This document shows, one piece after another, positions 37,538 through 47,194 of a DNA stretch of 64,000 nt (position 1 is the first letter of the stretch; the number at the start of each line of letters is the position of its first letter). The notes below the pieces were generated by a model that was given only the letters and a program-made list of their open reading frames with translations, was not told where the DNA came from and ran no database searches. A program made the translations under genes and the position numbers. Source of the DNA: a virus; the UHGV virus genome UHGV-1362809, one strand, 5' to 3'.

Positions 37538-38577
37538 GTTAGAATACCTCTTATTTTTTCTAAATCCCTTATAATGTCTACAGGGTCTTCTAATCCTATA
37601 CTTAATCTTACTATCAAATTCCCTTCGTGTTTAAATATTGATCCTACTGTAAATGGGGCACCGAAAGTATCTCCAAACTGTATAACTTCAAAAGAGTTCA
37701 CTATATTTTTATACACTGGTTCCATTGTATTTGTCTGTATGACTATATAAATTAGCCCGCACCTACTATCAGAGGATATTTTTGCCCTGACAGATAATAA
37801 ATACTTCTTTACTGTCTCTGTTGTACTTTTGATTCTCTCCATTCTTAATGGCAATGTGGCTATTCTAATCTGTGCCAAATAGCAGTCAACAGGATTGGGA
37901 GATATTCCCATTACTCTTATTATATTTCCGTATCCCTTTTCTTCCTGAAGATCTACATCCTTAGAAACTATAGCTCCTAACATACAATTATTATGACCAC
38001 TTACATATTTTGCCAGTGACTCTACAACAAAATCTGCACCATCATTTAAGGGATTATAATTATAAATATTTAATATGCTATTATCGATGCAGAGTTTTGA
38101 ATTATGTCCATGTATGTAGGTGCTTAATTTTTTAATATCTGGAGTATATAAAGAAATTGATCTCATGGAGTCTATAATGATAAGGGAGTTTTGTATATTA
38201 TGTTTTGTAAGTTCCTCCTCACTATCTAAATAAACGCATCTATATTGTTGAAGTACTTGAGTTACTTCACTGTAAGTACCTATTACATATATTGTTGAGA
38301 AACTCTTTGCTAGCACATAAAAAGCTGATACTCCCGAACAACACACCACACAATTTTCTACTGGTACTTCATATAAACTTGCCACAGTGGCAGTAAGAGC
38401 TTTTACATTCGGCACCATATTTTTACTACATCTACGATAGGCAATTTCATAATTTCCCAGTTCCATTGACCTTAGATATTCCTCTTTACTCTTAAAACTG
38501 TTATTTAGATTTACAGTGTTTGGAATTAAGGTCTCACTATATATAGATGGGGATACACAACGAGAAGAAAATTTCAA
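37531..38577 (-). CDS. PLP-dependent enzyme of the Cys/Met metabolism (cystathionine gamma-synthase/lyase) family
   Basis: DFVVESLAKYVSGHNN is a close match to the family PLP-lysine signature D-x4-S-x-T-K-[FY]-x-x-G-H. Confidence 0.55.
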   Translation of the reverse strand: MKFSSRCVSPSIYSETLIPNTVNLNNSFKSKEEYLRSMELGNYEIAYRRCSKNMVPNVKALTATVASLYEVPVENCVVCCSGVSAFYVLAKSFSTIYVIGTYSEVTQVLQQYRCVYLDSEEELTKHNIQNSLIIIDSMRSISLYTPDIKKLSTYIHGHNSKLCIDNSILNIYNYNPLNDGADFVVESLAKYVSGHNNCMLGAIVSKDVDLQEEKGYGNIIRVMGISPNPVDCYLAQIRIATLPLRMERIKSTTETVKKYLLSVRAKISSDSRCGLIYIVIQTNTMEPVYKNIVNSFEVIQFGDTFGAPFTVGSIFKHEGNLIVRLSIGLEDPVDIIRDLEKIRGILTC

Positions 38578-39429
38578 TTATATTACTCCAAATTCTTTAT
38601 TTATATCACATATAAAACAAGTGTTATTACTACTATATTTTTTAAAATTTATAGAATGTCCACATGTAGCCCTCTCGCAAGAACAATAAATAAAAGTATT
38701 CTTTTCCTTGTCATAATAATTAAGGACACGAGGCTGAATTATATTAATATTTGGTATATACTTAGATAAATATGTTGAATCCTGTTTTTGTACGCATCGT
38801 AAGGCCTTAAATATATGAGACTGGTCGCAGCATAAATTTTTATTATATACTATATATGGAAGTAAATTAACCCAGCAACAATGTTCTTTTTGAAATTTAG
38901 CAACATCAAAAGTATTATCTAATATACTATTACAAGTCTTTTTTGTTAGAATAGTATTACAGACTACATTAAAACCACGGGAAACTACGTAGTCCATATT
39001 AGTCAACATTAGGTCTCTGTCTTCCTGACATTTAAATCTTCCATCTAAATCATAGGAGGTAGTAAACTTTATACGAGGGAAAACATCTTCAAATGTATCT
39101 AAAAAAGTAATCAAACAACGTGTGTCTTTATATATTAAATTTGTATTTATGTATAACAAGTCAATTACATTTACACATAGCAAAGTTTTTATTTTGCTCC
39201 AAAAGTTTTTAAGTATATGCTCGCAATTATTATTGTCAAATAGTTCTCCTCCTACTATAAGAACGTGACTGCCTTTAATATAAAGGTTAGAATTAATATA
39301 GTCTATGACACACTGCAGACTTTGTTCCTTTTGTTTTAAACTTAGTAATCTTGGGTGTTCCCTCTGAAAACAAAAGGAACAATTATTGTTACAGTTATCC
39401 CATATTAAAAATTCATATATAGGTTTCAT
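38578..39429 (-). CDS. radical SAM enzyme, paralog 1 (C-terminal Cys cluster)
   Basis: N-terminus FLIWDNCNNNCSFC (CxxxCxxC), GGELF and TSYDLDGRF blocks, and C-terminal CSCERATCGH...CFICD. Confidence 0.75.
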   Translation of the reverse strand: MKPIYEFLIWDNCNNNCSFCFQREHPRLLSLKQKEQSLQCVIDYINSNLYIKGSHVLIVGGELFDNNNCEHILKNFWSKIKTLLCVNVIDLLYINTNLIYKDTRCLITFLDTFEDVFPRIKFTTSYDLDGRFKCQEDRDLMLTNMDYVVSRGFNVVCNTILTKKTCNSILDNTFDVAKFQKEHCCWVNLLPYIVYNKNLCCDQSHIFKALRCVQKQDSTYLSKYIPNINIIQPRVLNYYDKEKNTFIYCSCERATCGHSINFKKYSSNNTCFICDINKEFGVI

Positions 39430-40241
39430 TTGTTTACTTCTATACTATAAATATCCTGTTTAAAAAAAGGTATACTTTGCTGTATATTAGCTGTATACCG
39501 TAAATAAGATTCAAAACACCTATCTCTTTCAGCTTTTAAATTTTTATACAATGGAGTGTCCTTTGTTTTGGTAGGATAATATAACATATATTTATAATTA
39601 ACTTCCTCACACTCAACAAGATTTGTATCATATAAATTTATAGGCCCAAAAATAATAGGTTCCTTGTTTTTATTTTGTATCTGTATATTCAAGGGCTTAG
39701 TATATATTGCGTTTCCTTGTTCATCGAGCAACCCTATAAAAAAATCACTATCATCTAATAAAACTATTTTATCTTTAAACCATGCGTAGTCTGCACTTTT
39801 TAAAAGACACTCTCTACATAACTTAAAGTACTTAAACTTTAAATATTGTTTTAATTGGATACTAATAAAATCAAAGTGCATTAGCCTTTCTAATTGATTA
39901 ATTATGTCTCTATAGGCTTGTGTAATAGCATCTTCATCAACGTCTTGACATACTTTTAAGGGTTGTCGTTGTTCTATTTGGTAGAAAAAGTTATCCTTTT
40001 CTACCGTTATTATCTTCCAATGAATACCCCACGAAGTATATAACTGTGCTAACTTTTCTCTTATTTCCATACAGTACTTTTGATTAGAGTGCATCTGATA
40101 AACTTTGTAGTAAAAATTATCCGTTTTAATTACTACTTGTCCTTCAACACCCTTCCACTTTAAACTATTAGATAAATTACTTTTATCTACCAAGGCTATC
40201 AGCTCAAAAAAAGTATCTGTATTTTTAATTACCTCAAACAT
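39426..40241 (-). CDS. hypothetical protein within the radical-SAM operon
   Basis: 271-aa ORF with 4-nt overlaps to both neighbours. Confidence 0.5.
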   Translation of the reverse strand: MFEVIKNTDTFFELIALVDKSNLSNSLKWKGVEGQVVIKTDNFYYKVYQMHSNQKYCMEIREKLAQLYTSWGIHWKIITVEKDNFFYQIEQRQPLKVCQDVDEDAITQAYRDIINQLERLMHFDFISIQLKQYLKFKYFKLCRECLLKSADYAWFKDKIVLLDDSDFFIGLLDEQGNAIYTKPLNIQIQNKNKEPIIFGPINLYDTNLVECEEVNYKYMLYYPTKTKDTPLYKNLKAERDRCFESYLRYTANIQQSIPFFKQDIYSIEVNK

Positions 40242-41200
40242 ATAGACTCCATAATGTTTTTAAACAAGGGAATTCCTTTTTCTAATGCCTCTGGGTATTT
40301 TATAAACGAGGACGCCCTAAATCTTGGTTGAATTCTTACTCCTTCCTCCGTGTGTTCAGCCCCTTCTATTCTTATATGGTAGTTTTTCATAAGATTAAAA
40401 GTAGTTATATTAAATTTATATAAGGAATTATAAGACACAATAGAAGGAATAGTATTATTTGGTGTTAAAATACTGCTGTATTTTTCAAATTCCATATCTA
40501 GAACAGGTTTTAATAAAAATAGCTTATCCATTCTTTGGACTACTATTTTTAATAATTCTAAGTGTTGTAGGGGTCTATATTTATACTTTTTACCTATGTC
40601 CGACAATTTGTTATTTCTTATAACTATTCCCATATCAAATTCCTTAGTCATAGCATGTGCAGTACCAATTATATAGTCAAACATGCTATAGTCTCTTGGT
40701 AGTACAAACATTTCTTGTACTGCGTCTAACACCATTATTATTTTTTTATTAGTACACAAACTTTTTATTTTTTTCAAAAATATATCCTTTGTAATATTTC
40801 CTGAAGCTGTAGTACCAATTATATAACAAAAGATGTTAGTATAGCCATCCACTATTTTTTTAATACTTCCCCAGTCTAGATTTTTATTGTGCCTATTTAT
40901 TACACAAGTGTTACTTTTTTCTAAGTGTTTTTTCACACTGTCATGTTCGTCAGAGGAAACTATAACAAGGGTTTTATTATCTACGTACATAGAAAATAAT
41001 TTATCTATTATTGAAGTGGCACTTACATCAAAAGATACTGAATGAGTAGTAGCTACATTATTAGCAGGGCATAAGTCTAAATATTGTAAGGAATAATCTT
41101 CTTGTCCTATTTCATAATCCTCATACTTTTTGGATAATAGCTCTTGTTCTCTATTATCCAAAGGTTTGTACTTTAGCCACCATTGTATATAGTTATCCAT
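40229..41200 (-). CDS. class-V aminotransferase/cysteine desulfurase-like PLP-fold protein (tentative)
   Basis: IMVLDAVQEMF...DYIIGTAHAMTK resembles the NifS vDAaQ...SgHK region, and IIGTTASGN resembles GGTESNN. At 323 aa it is shorter than typical NifS. Confidence 0.4.
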   Translation of the reverse strand: MDNYIQWWLKYKPLDNREQELLSKKYEDYEIGQEDYSLQYLDLCPANNVATTHSVSFDVSATSIIDKLFSMYVDNKTLVIVSSDEHDSVKKHLEKSNTCVINRHNKNLDWGSIKKIVDGYTNIFCYIIGTTASGNITKDIFLKKIKSLCTNKKIIMVLDAVQEMFVLPRDYSMFDYIIGTAHAMTKEFDMGIVIRNNKLSDIGKKYKYRPLQHLELLKIVVQRMDKLFLLKPVLDMEFEKYSSILTPNNTIPSIVSYNSLYKFNITTFNLMKNYHIRIEGAEHTEEGVRIQPRFRASSFIKYPEALEKGIPLFKNIMESICLR

Positions 41201-42147
41201 TATTTATTTTCCATTTTTTCTATTAGGTGTTTATCGCAAATAACACAGGCATCCGAATCAATATAGGCAGCATAGTCCATAAGGTGGCCACATTTATTAA
41301 AGGATACTCCTATGTCATACTCCTTATTTACCCCTTTGTGTCTCTCATTTAACTGCATACGGTTTTCAGAATCATTAAAGTTTCTGTACAGTGTATCTGC
41401 CCTGTAGTAAATATTAAAAAGTTTATCCCACATTTCTACGGACTCTCTCTTTCTAAAAAGAGCTAAAAACTTTAAAAAAGTGGAACGATGAGGATAAAAA
41501 TTGCCTACTATTTTATTAGTTTCCTGCTTATAATTATTACCATGCAAAAAAGACCCACACTGTTTAAAGAAAAAAGATGCATTATAAGCTTTTTTCATTT
41601 TTTCAAAGTCTATCTGTCCTTGGATATATTTTTGTACAAAGTCCTCTGATAGGATAGACGTAATATTAAAATGTATTTGAGGGTATAAAGATACTATACT
41701 TTTTATATGTCCGTCCCAAGTATCAAACATCTTTTTTGTATGAAATCTGCCCAATGTATCAAAAGATGTTAAAATCCATAAGTTAGATTTGTCCTTAAAT
41801 AGTTTTAGCACTTCATAAAGGTCTTCGCACTTACCAATAGTCATGGTAGCATAAATCCAGACTTGTCTTACTATTCCTTCGTTGTATAGCTGCGCCGTTT
41901 TTTCCATCAGTCTAAAAAATTTATTTTTTATAGAAGGAGTATTCAACTGACCTTGAAAAAACTCCCCACCAAGATAGGATAACACATCATATTCTTTGTA
42001 AATACTCAAATCACTAATTTTATTAAGGGCATCATCTAAAGCTTGTTCTTTAAGTTTATCGTCTGTATGAGTATTATTTTTTCCTAAATAACAAAAGGAA
42101 CACTTAGAATTGCATTCTTGCCATAATTCAAATTGCAGTTGTTTCAT
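41200..42147 (-). CDS. radical SAM enzyme, paralog 2
   Basis: FELWQECNSKCSFC, GGEFF, TSFDTLGRF and C-terminal CGH...CVICD. Confidence 0.75.
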   Translation of the reverse strand: MKQLQFELWQECNSKCSFCYLGKNNTHTDDKLKEQALDDALNKISDLSIYKEYDVLSYLGGEFFQGQLNTPSIKNKFFRLMEKTAQLYNEGIVRQVWIYATMTIGKCEDLYEVLKLFKDKSNLWILTSFDTLGRFHTKKMFDTWDGHIKSIVSLYPQIHFNITSILSEDFVQKYIQGQIDFEKMKKAYNASFFFKQCGSFLHGNNYKQETNKIVGNFYPHRSTFLKFLALFRKRESVEMWDKLFNIYYRADTLYRNFNDSENRMQLNERHKGVNKEYDIGVSFNKCGHLMDYAAYIDSDACVICDKHLIEKMENK

Positions 42148-43067
42148 AAAGAACTTCCTCCATCTAAAGCATATAGATCACACAACACGCATTTATCACA
42201 ATCTGAGTAGCATCTATATAAAATAGAATGTCCACAGTCACTAAGAATCTCTTTTCCGTCTGATAATCTAGGTTGCTCTTTTATATCTATAGTAGTTTTA
42301 TTTATTAGTCCGGTATACTTAAAAATAGAAGAGTTTTTTGTAGAATTTGTAAAATTATAGTATGCTACTGGATTAACTTTTTTTAAGTATCTTACAAAAT
42401 TTAAAAAATCATTTCTTTTAAAAAAGAAATCCTTTAGCTGTATTCCTGTATGTATAGGGTGAGGATATAAAAAGTTTAAACTATTTCCTGGGATTTTTGA
42501 TTTTATAAATTCATTTATATCCCATTCTCTATTTTTCCATAAATCTATAACGTATTGCGTTAGTATCATTTGTACTCCCACTGTGTAATTATACCTTTTA
42601 TGGAAATTATTTATATTATCTAGTACTATTTTATGTTGCTGTTCTGTTTTAAACCTATACTTTAGATCATAAGAAAAATTTAAATCTACCTTTTCTATCC
42701 CAACAGCATCTACTATTTTGTCTATTACCTTATACAAAAAGGTCGGATCATATAAACCATTTGTTACAGAAGAATACTTACAAAAAGGATTCTTAGAAAC
42801 TTTTAATATATATTCTATTACAACATCTATTAAGTCTAAAAAAGAATCCTGTAGTTTTTTATCCGTTATGTAGTAGAGCTCTCCCCCTAACAAAGATATT
42901 CCATAACTAAACTTATTTTCCCAATCTAGCAGCTTAATATTTTGTTTTATAGCATCTAACCAAACTAATTGCTTTTCGTATGTATAAGGTATTCTTTGTT
43001 CCCTTAAACAAAAGGCACAATCATTACAGCAATTAGGCCATACTCCATATTGACACATATTAGCCAT
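42144..43067 (-). CDS. radical SAM enzyme, paralog 3
   Basis: VWPNCCNDCAFC, GGELYY, FSYDLKYRF and C-terminal CGHSILYRCYSDCDKCVLCD. Confidence 0.7.
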   Translation of the reverse strand: MANMCQYGVWPNCCNDCAFCLREQRIPYTYEKQLVWLDAIKQNIKLLDWENKFSYGISLLGGELYYITDKKLQDSFLDLIDVVIEYILKVSKNPFCKYSSVTNGLYDPTFLYKVIDKIVDAVGIEKVDLNFSYDLKYRFKTEQQHKIVLDNINNFHKRYNYTVGVQMILTQYVIDLWKNREWDINEFIKSKIPGNSLNFLYPHPIHTGIQLKDFFFKRNDFLNFVRYLKKVNPVAYYNFTNSTKNSSIFKYTGLINKTTIDIKEQPRLSDGKEILSDCGHSILYRCYSDCDKCVLCDLYALDGGSSL

Positions 43068-43966
43068 TATAGTAATCCCGTTATTTTTTTAAATTGTTGT
43101 GTTACTTCCAAAATAGATTCTTCACAGTCATAAAAATAGCTTGACGAAAAAGGATCATATTTTTGTCTATCGGATGTAAAGGTTCTACCATCTCTACTAT
43201 CATAATAAAATATTGTGTTAGACCTTAAACTACTAGACAAAAAATCCTTAGTAAGCAACCCTTTTTTATTTAAAAAAACCAAGAAAGAAATAAACTCTTT
43301 CTTTCTTGGTAAAAACAAAGGAATAATCTTATTTGCCTGTTCTTTATTTTTAAAATTTCGTACAGTAGGTTCAATAAAATCTAATCTAGCTGCATACTTT
43401 TCACTGAACATTCCTATGTCAAACTGTCCTGATAAAACTTGCTGTATAAAATGATGAGTTACTATTAGTTCGATGTGTGTCTTTATATTCGTACTATTTA
43501 TTTTTCTTACATTATTTTCCCATAAAGTAAGACCATTATTTTTAAATCGGTATATAGTATCATAGGATGTACATATTACTACATTTTTTTCTATATCTAA
43601 TTCTTTTAAGTAATGTAAGAATTCATCAAACATAGTAGATTCAAATATTAACGACGTTGCTATAAGCAGTCTATTTACTTTTTCTTCCTTAATCTTTTTA
43701 GAAATTTCTAAAATTACTTTTGTAAATAAAAGATACTCATTTTCTTTCATTTGACCATCAAAAAATTCTCCGCCGATTAGCCCGATAGTATCACAAAACT
43801 CTACATTTTTTATGCGACATAAAGTTTTTTTCAAGGAATTTATTTTAGAAACAGATGTACTAATAAATCTATTATAACAAAAGTCGCATCCGTTTTTACA
43901 GTCTGCCCATAATTCAAACTGTAAAAATTTATGTTCCTTTTGTATTATTTCCTTCTCTGAGTTCAT
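43067..43966 (-). CDS. radical SAM enzyme, paralog 4 (lacks the C-terminal Cys cluster)
   Basis: FELWADCKNGCDFC, GGEFFDG and TSYDTIYRF. Confidence 0.75.
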   Translation of the reverse strand: MNSEKEIIQKEHKFLQFELWADCKNGCDFCYNRFISTSVSKINSLKKTLCRIKNVEFCDTIGLIGGEFFDGQMKENEYLLFTKVILEISKKIKEEKVNRLLIATSLIFESTMFDEFLHYLKELDIEKNVVICTSYDTIYRFKNNGLTLWENNVRKINSTNIKTHIELIVTHHFIQQVLSGQFDIGMFSEKYAARLDFIEPTVRNFKNKEQANKIIPLFLPRKKEFISFLVFLNKKGLLTKDFLSSSLRSNTIFYYDSRDGRTFTSDRQKYDPFSSSYFYDCEESILEVTQQFKKITGLL

Positions 43967-44548
43967 TTATATATTCTCTACTGTTTGTACATAAGTATAA
44001 GTGCAGGGTCTATTTCTAATACTATTCTTTACATAATAAAATAGGGAATTTATATAGTCATTTACATGGTCTTCCCTTATTAAATCTGTGTTGCCGGATC
44101 CTTTAAAATATTCCTTATAGAAATAGGACACATCTCCTTGATTATAAATCACATAAGTGTTTGGGTCCAAATAACTACAAGTAAAAAAAAGTCTGCAAGA
44201 ACAAAAAGACATCAAATTATTAATTAAATTAAAAAAGTCCTCAGCAGACACTCTAGCATTTATATTCGGTACAATAGACCTTATAAAACTATCCAGCTGA
44301 CTAGACATGGTACTAAAACTACATTCTGTAATAGGGTTGCTAATATAAGCAGTCATTACAGGTAATTCTCTTCTACGAGCCCAGCTATTGTATAATGTAT
44401 ATGTTCCATCAGTAGCCTCGTACCTATAGGAAAAATTAGGTTTAAAACATGCTGGCAGCCCTGCATAGTTGCTTATGTTTATACAAGTAGAAGAGATTAA
44501 AGTTTTTAGGTAGTTTATTACTTGGGAATATGTGCATAAAATTTCCAT
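43967..44548 (-). CDS. hypothetical protein; paralog of the 44558 gene
   Basis: YSQVINYLKTLISSTCINIS resembles FSQVISEVKKYIKTICHNID of its neighbour. Confidence 0.5.
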   Translation of the reverse strand: MEILCTYSQVINYLKTLISSTCINISNYAGLPACFKPNFSYRYEATDGTYTLYNSWARRRELPVMTAYISNPITECSFSTMSSQLDSFIRSIVPNINARVSAEDFFNLINNLMSFCSCRLFFTCSYLDPNTYVIYNQGDVSYFYKEYFKGSGNTDLIREDHVNDYINSLFYYVKNSIRNRPCTYTYVQTVENI

Positions 44549-44557
44549 TAATTTCTC

Positions 44558-45193
44558 CTATATAATCATATAGGCTATGTATACACTACTACTAGAACTA
44601 CTACTACTAGAACTACTACTAGAACTACTGCAGCTACTACTAGAACTACTACAAGCCACCTGAATAGACGTTACTATTTTGTGCATATTAAGGACATTAC
44701 CGCACAAATTAGATATTTCATTAATTCTCGCTAATAAATAGGCAGACTGAATATTTCCAATATCCTTTAAGCCGCCACCAATGGTTAAATAATTAGCCGG
44801 ATTCTTATTATAAAATACTGAGATGTGGCTATTAACTCCTGCTGACACAAAAACTATGCGTGTGGTCAAAAAACTGGCTATATTATTCATTAAGTACAAT
44901 AAATTTTGAACCGTAATTAGGTCGTCGTCTAAAAAGACAATACCCCTAGAACTTAAAAAGTCCAAAAGTTGAGATTCTACTGTACTGCTGGGAACTACTA
45001 CTGCAAGGTTATCAGTAACAGTTGCTGTTATAGTTTGTTTACTTCCCTGTGAAATAACATAAGTGGAACCATTCCGTAAAGAAATATCTACAGAAGAAGA
45101 AAAGGAATCGATATTATGACATATCGTTTTTATGTATTTTTTTACCTCAGATATTACTTGAGAAAAAGTAATCAAATTTGACTTATCAACCAT
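44558..45193 (-). CDS. hypothetical protein with C-terminal poly-Ser/Cys tail
   Basis: Ends ...ACSSSSSSCSSSSSSSSSSSSSSSSVYIAYMII. The tail is encoded by an ACT/AGA trinucleotide repeat. Confidence 0.5.
   Translation of the reverse strand: MVDKSNLITFSQVISEVKKYIKTICHNIDSFSSSVDISLRNGSTYVISQGSKQTITATVTDNLAVVVPSSTVESQLLDFLSSRGIVFLDDDLITVQNLLYLMNNIASFLTTRIVFVSAGVNSHISVFYNKNPANYLTIGGGLKDIGNIQSAYLLARINEISNLCGNVLNMHKIVTSIQVACSSSSSSCSSSSSSSSSSSSSSSVYIAYMII
44585..44653. repeat. imperfect trinucleotide (ACT/AGA) tandem repeat encoding poly-Ser on the - strand
   Basis: Read directly from the sequence: (ACT)n interspersed with AGA, GCA and GCT. Confidence 0.8.
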
Positions 45194-45794
45194 TTTCAGT
45201 TCCTTTTAAGTTCTCTGCAAACAGGTTTATTAAATTAAGGCTTATTGCTTTATTAATTAAAAGACAATTAATATAGTAGGCTGAGTCCTCTATATAGTAG
45301 TCCGGAATTTTTTCCATACCAGAGGTACTAAGTATTCCACATAAAGTTTGAAAATCATATTGTTCAAATATTTGTGCGTATAATGGAGACAATGTTTTTA
45401 CAGTGTCCATAGGAGAAAAAAAGTTTTTATCATAGGAGCACAATAAACTAATAAATTTAGACGCTAATTCCTTAGAAACTTCCTCCAATTTATCTTTCAT
45501 AAGAATTCTTATTTCTATAAATTGGTCTAAGTCCTTAATAAATACTAAAGGATTATTAAAAAAACTATCATCTAAAGAATTATATGTTTTTATTAGATTA
45601 ACTAAATTTGAAATAAAAACTTGGTTTATGTTGTTACTATCTGACAAAAATAAGTCTAACGCATAAATAATGTACTCTGTGGGTAAATTTTTTAAGGAAA
45701 CTTTGGCATCCTTGCACTTTAGTATAGGAAGTAATTCCTGTTTTAAAGTGCCCTTTTCTATATCAGAATTAAAAGTAATAATATCCCTTGACAT
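45186..45794 (-). CDS. hypothetical protein (first gene of the accessory operon)
   Basis: 202-aa ORF that overlaps the next gene. Confidence 0.5.
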   Translation of the reverse strand: MSRDIITFNSDIEKGTLKQELLPILKCKDAKVSLKNLPTEYIIYALDLFLSDSNNINQVFISNLVNLIKTYNSLDDSFFNNPLVFIKDLDQFIEIRILMKDKLEEVSKELASKFISLLCSYDKNFFSPMDTVKTLSPLYAQIFEQYDFQTLCGILSTSGMEKIPDYYIEDSAYYINCLLINKAISLNLINLFAENLKGTENG

Positions 45795-45800
45795 TTTTTG

Positions 45801-47186
45801 TTACTCCATCGTTATTTGGTCCATATTTACCATGTCTGCCTCTATAGATCCACTATAAATTAGTAAAGACGCTTGTTGTCTAGTATCTGGTATTTTAGTG
45901 TCACTATATTTTCTACTAAACAGTAAATTAAAATAACAGTTGTTATTATCCGCTATACTTCTTAATTTACTTAATTTTATTATGTCATCCTCCGAAAGGG
46001 TATAATTATACCAAGTTAAATTATTTGTACAGTAGGCAGTAAAATCTTGTTCATCACTTCTAAATAGATCCATATTATTTACGGTACTATTAGAAATGCT
46101 ATTAGGAATTTCTATTAGAGTAGAATTGTTAATGTTTAAGGCTATAGTATCTCCAAAAAGCAAAATAAAAGTTCCTGCTCCTGGATAGGAAACATTATAA
46201 TAGTTTTCTCCACAGTATATTTGTACAGATGCTTTATCAACAACAATTCTTAACAGTTTAGTATCATCAGAGTAAAGTGTTAAAAGTTCCATCTGATTAG
46301 AAAGCCCGTACATAGCGGGCATAACTAAACTATTATTGTTGCAAGTTACCTCAGGAAACGTTAAGGACATTTTAGTACTTAACAATTTTATATAGGAAGT
46401 CCATTCCCCAGTGGCTTCATCCACATAGTCCTTTGTTACCAAGGATTTACTTTGGTTGGGTACATAGGAATCATTTGCTAACAATGTAGGGCTATCTAAA
46501 ACAACAGAGTCAGTACCGATAACCCTTAATGTAGAATCAGTAATGGTATGGGTATCTATAGTGACTCCATCATTAAACTGCCACCCCTTACTGTACTCTA
46601 TCTTTTTATTATGCATCCCAAGAAAAGATACAACATTAATAGTGCCAGTCTTGGCACTAATTATTAAATCAGTACCAGAGGCTACCACCTCGAAATTATT
46701 TATAAACTCTTGGTTTGACTGAAGCCCATCCGCAATCATAAAAAAGGAGGAACAATCGTCAATATCCAAAGTGTATAAATTTCCACTCGCAGTTATATTT
46801 ACGCCGTTACACAAAAAGGATTTTTCATAATGTACGCCAACAGTATCAGTGCCTAATCCTGTAATGTCAAAAGCTAAAGTACCTATGCTTTCACCTAAGT
46901 ATATACCACCACCTTGTAACTCTTTTTCAGACTTACTATTTAGGAAAATTTTATTATCTTTGGCAGTAACTAAATCCGTATCCAGTTCAGTTTTGTGTCC
47001 TTCAACTTTTAGATTACCACTGGCATTTATACTGGCACTATTCAGATCCCCAGTGCTTAAACCCGCTGCAGTACCATCATTATTAGTTAGTGCAAAACCA
47101 TTATCATCGCTGGAAATAGACTTATTGTTTTGAAACGATAAACTCTTTCCGATTTTTGATAATCTTGGCTGTATATTATTTACCAT
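45801..47186 (-). CDS. tail fibre-like protein
   Basis: Gly/Ser/Asn/Thr-rich with a beta-rich character. Lies within a run of fibre genes. Confidence 0.45.
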   Translation of the reverse strand: MVNNIQPRLSKIGKSLSFQNNKSISSDDNGFALTNNDGTAAGLSTGDLNSASINASGNLKVEGHKTELDTDLVTAKDNKIFLNSKSEKELQGGGIYLGESIGTLAFDITGLGTDTVGVHYEKSFLCNGVNITASGNLYTLDIDDCSSFFMIADGLQSNQEFINNFEVVASGTDLIISAKTGTINVVSFLGMHNKKIEYSKGWQFNDGVTIDTHTITDSTLRVIGTDSVVLDSPTLLANDSYVPNQSKSLVTKDYVDEATGEWTSYIKLLSTKMSLTFPEVTCNNNSLVMPAMYGLSNQMELLTLYSDDTKLLRIVVDKASVQIYCGENYYNVSYPGAGTFILLFGDTIALNINNSTLIEIPNSISNSTVNNMDLFRSDEQDFTAYCTNNLTWYNYTLSEDDIIKLSKLRSIADNNNCYFNLLFSRKYSDTKIPDTRQQASLLIYSGSIEADMVNMDQITME

Positions 47187-47194
47187 CTCTAACC

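Noticed and set aside
38578-43966. Calling the radical-SAM paralogs viperin-like on the basis of a CN.KC.FC[YF] motif
   Set aside because: The CxxxCxxC neighbourhood is too generic across the radical-SAM superfamily to assign a subfamily by eye. The subfamily is left open.
44585-44653. Possible CRISPR-like or satellite repeat
   Set aside because: It is a simple trinucleotide (ACT/AGA) coding repeat with no spacers. No CRISPR array exists anywhere in the window.
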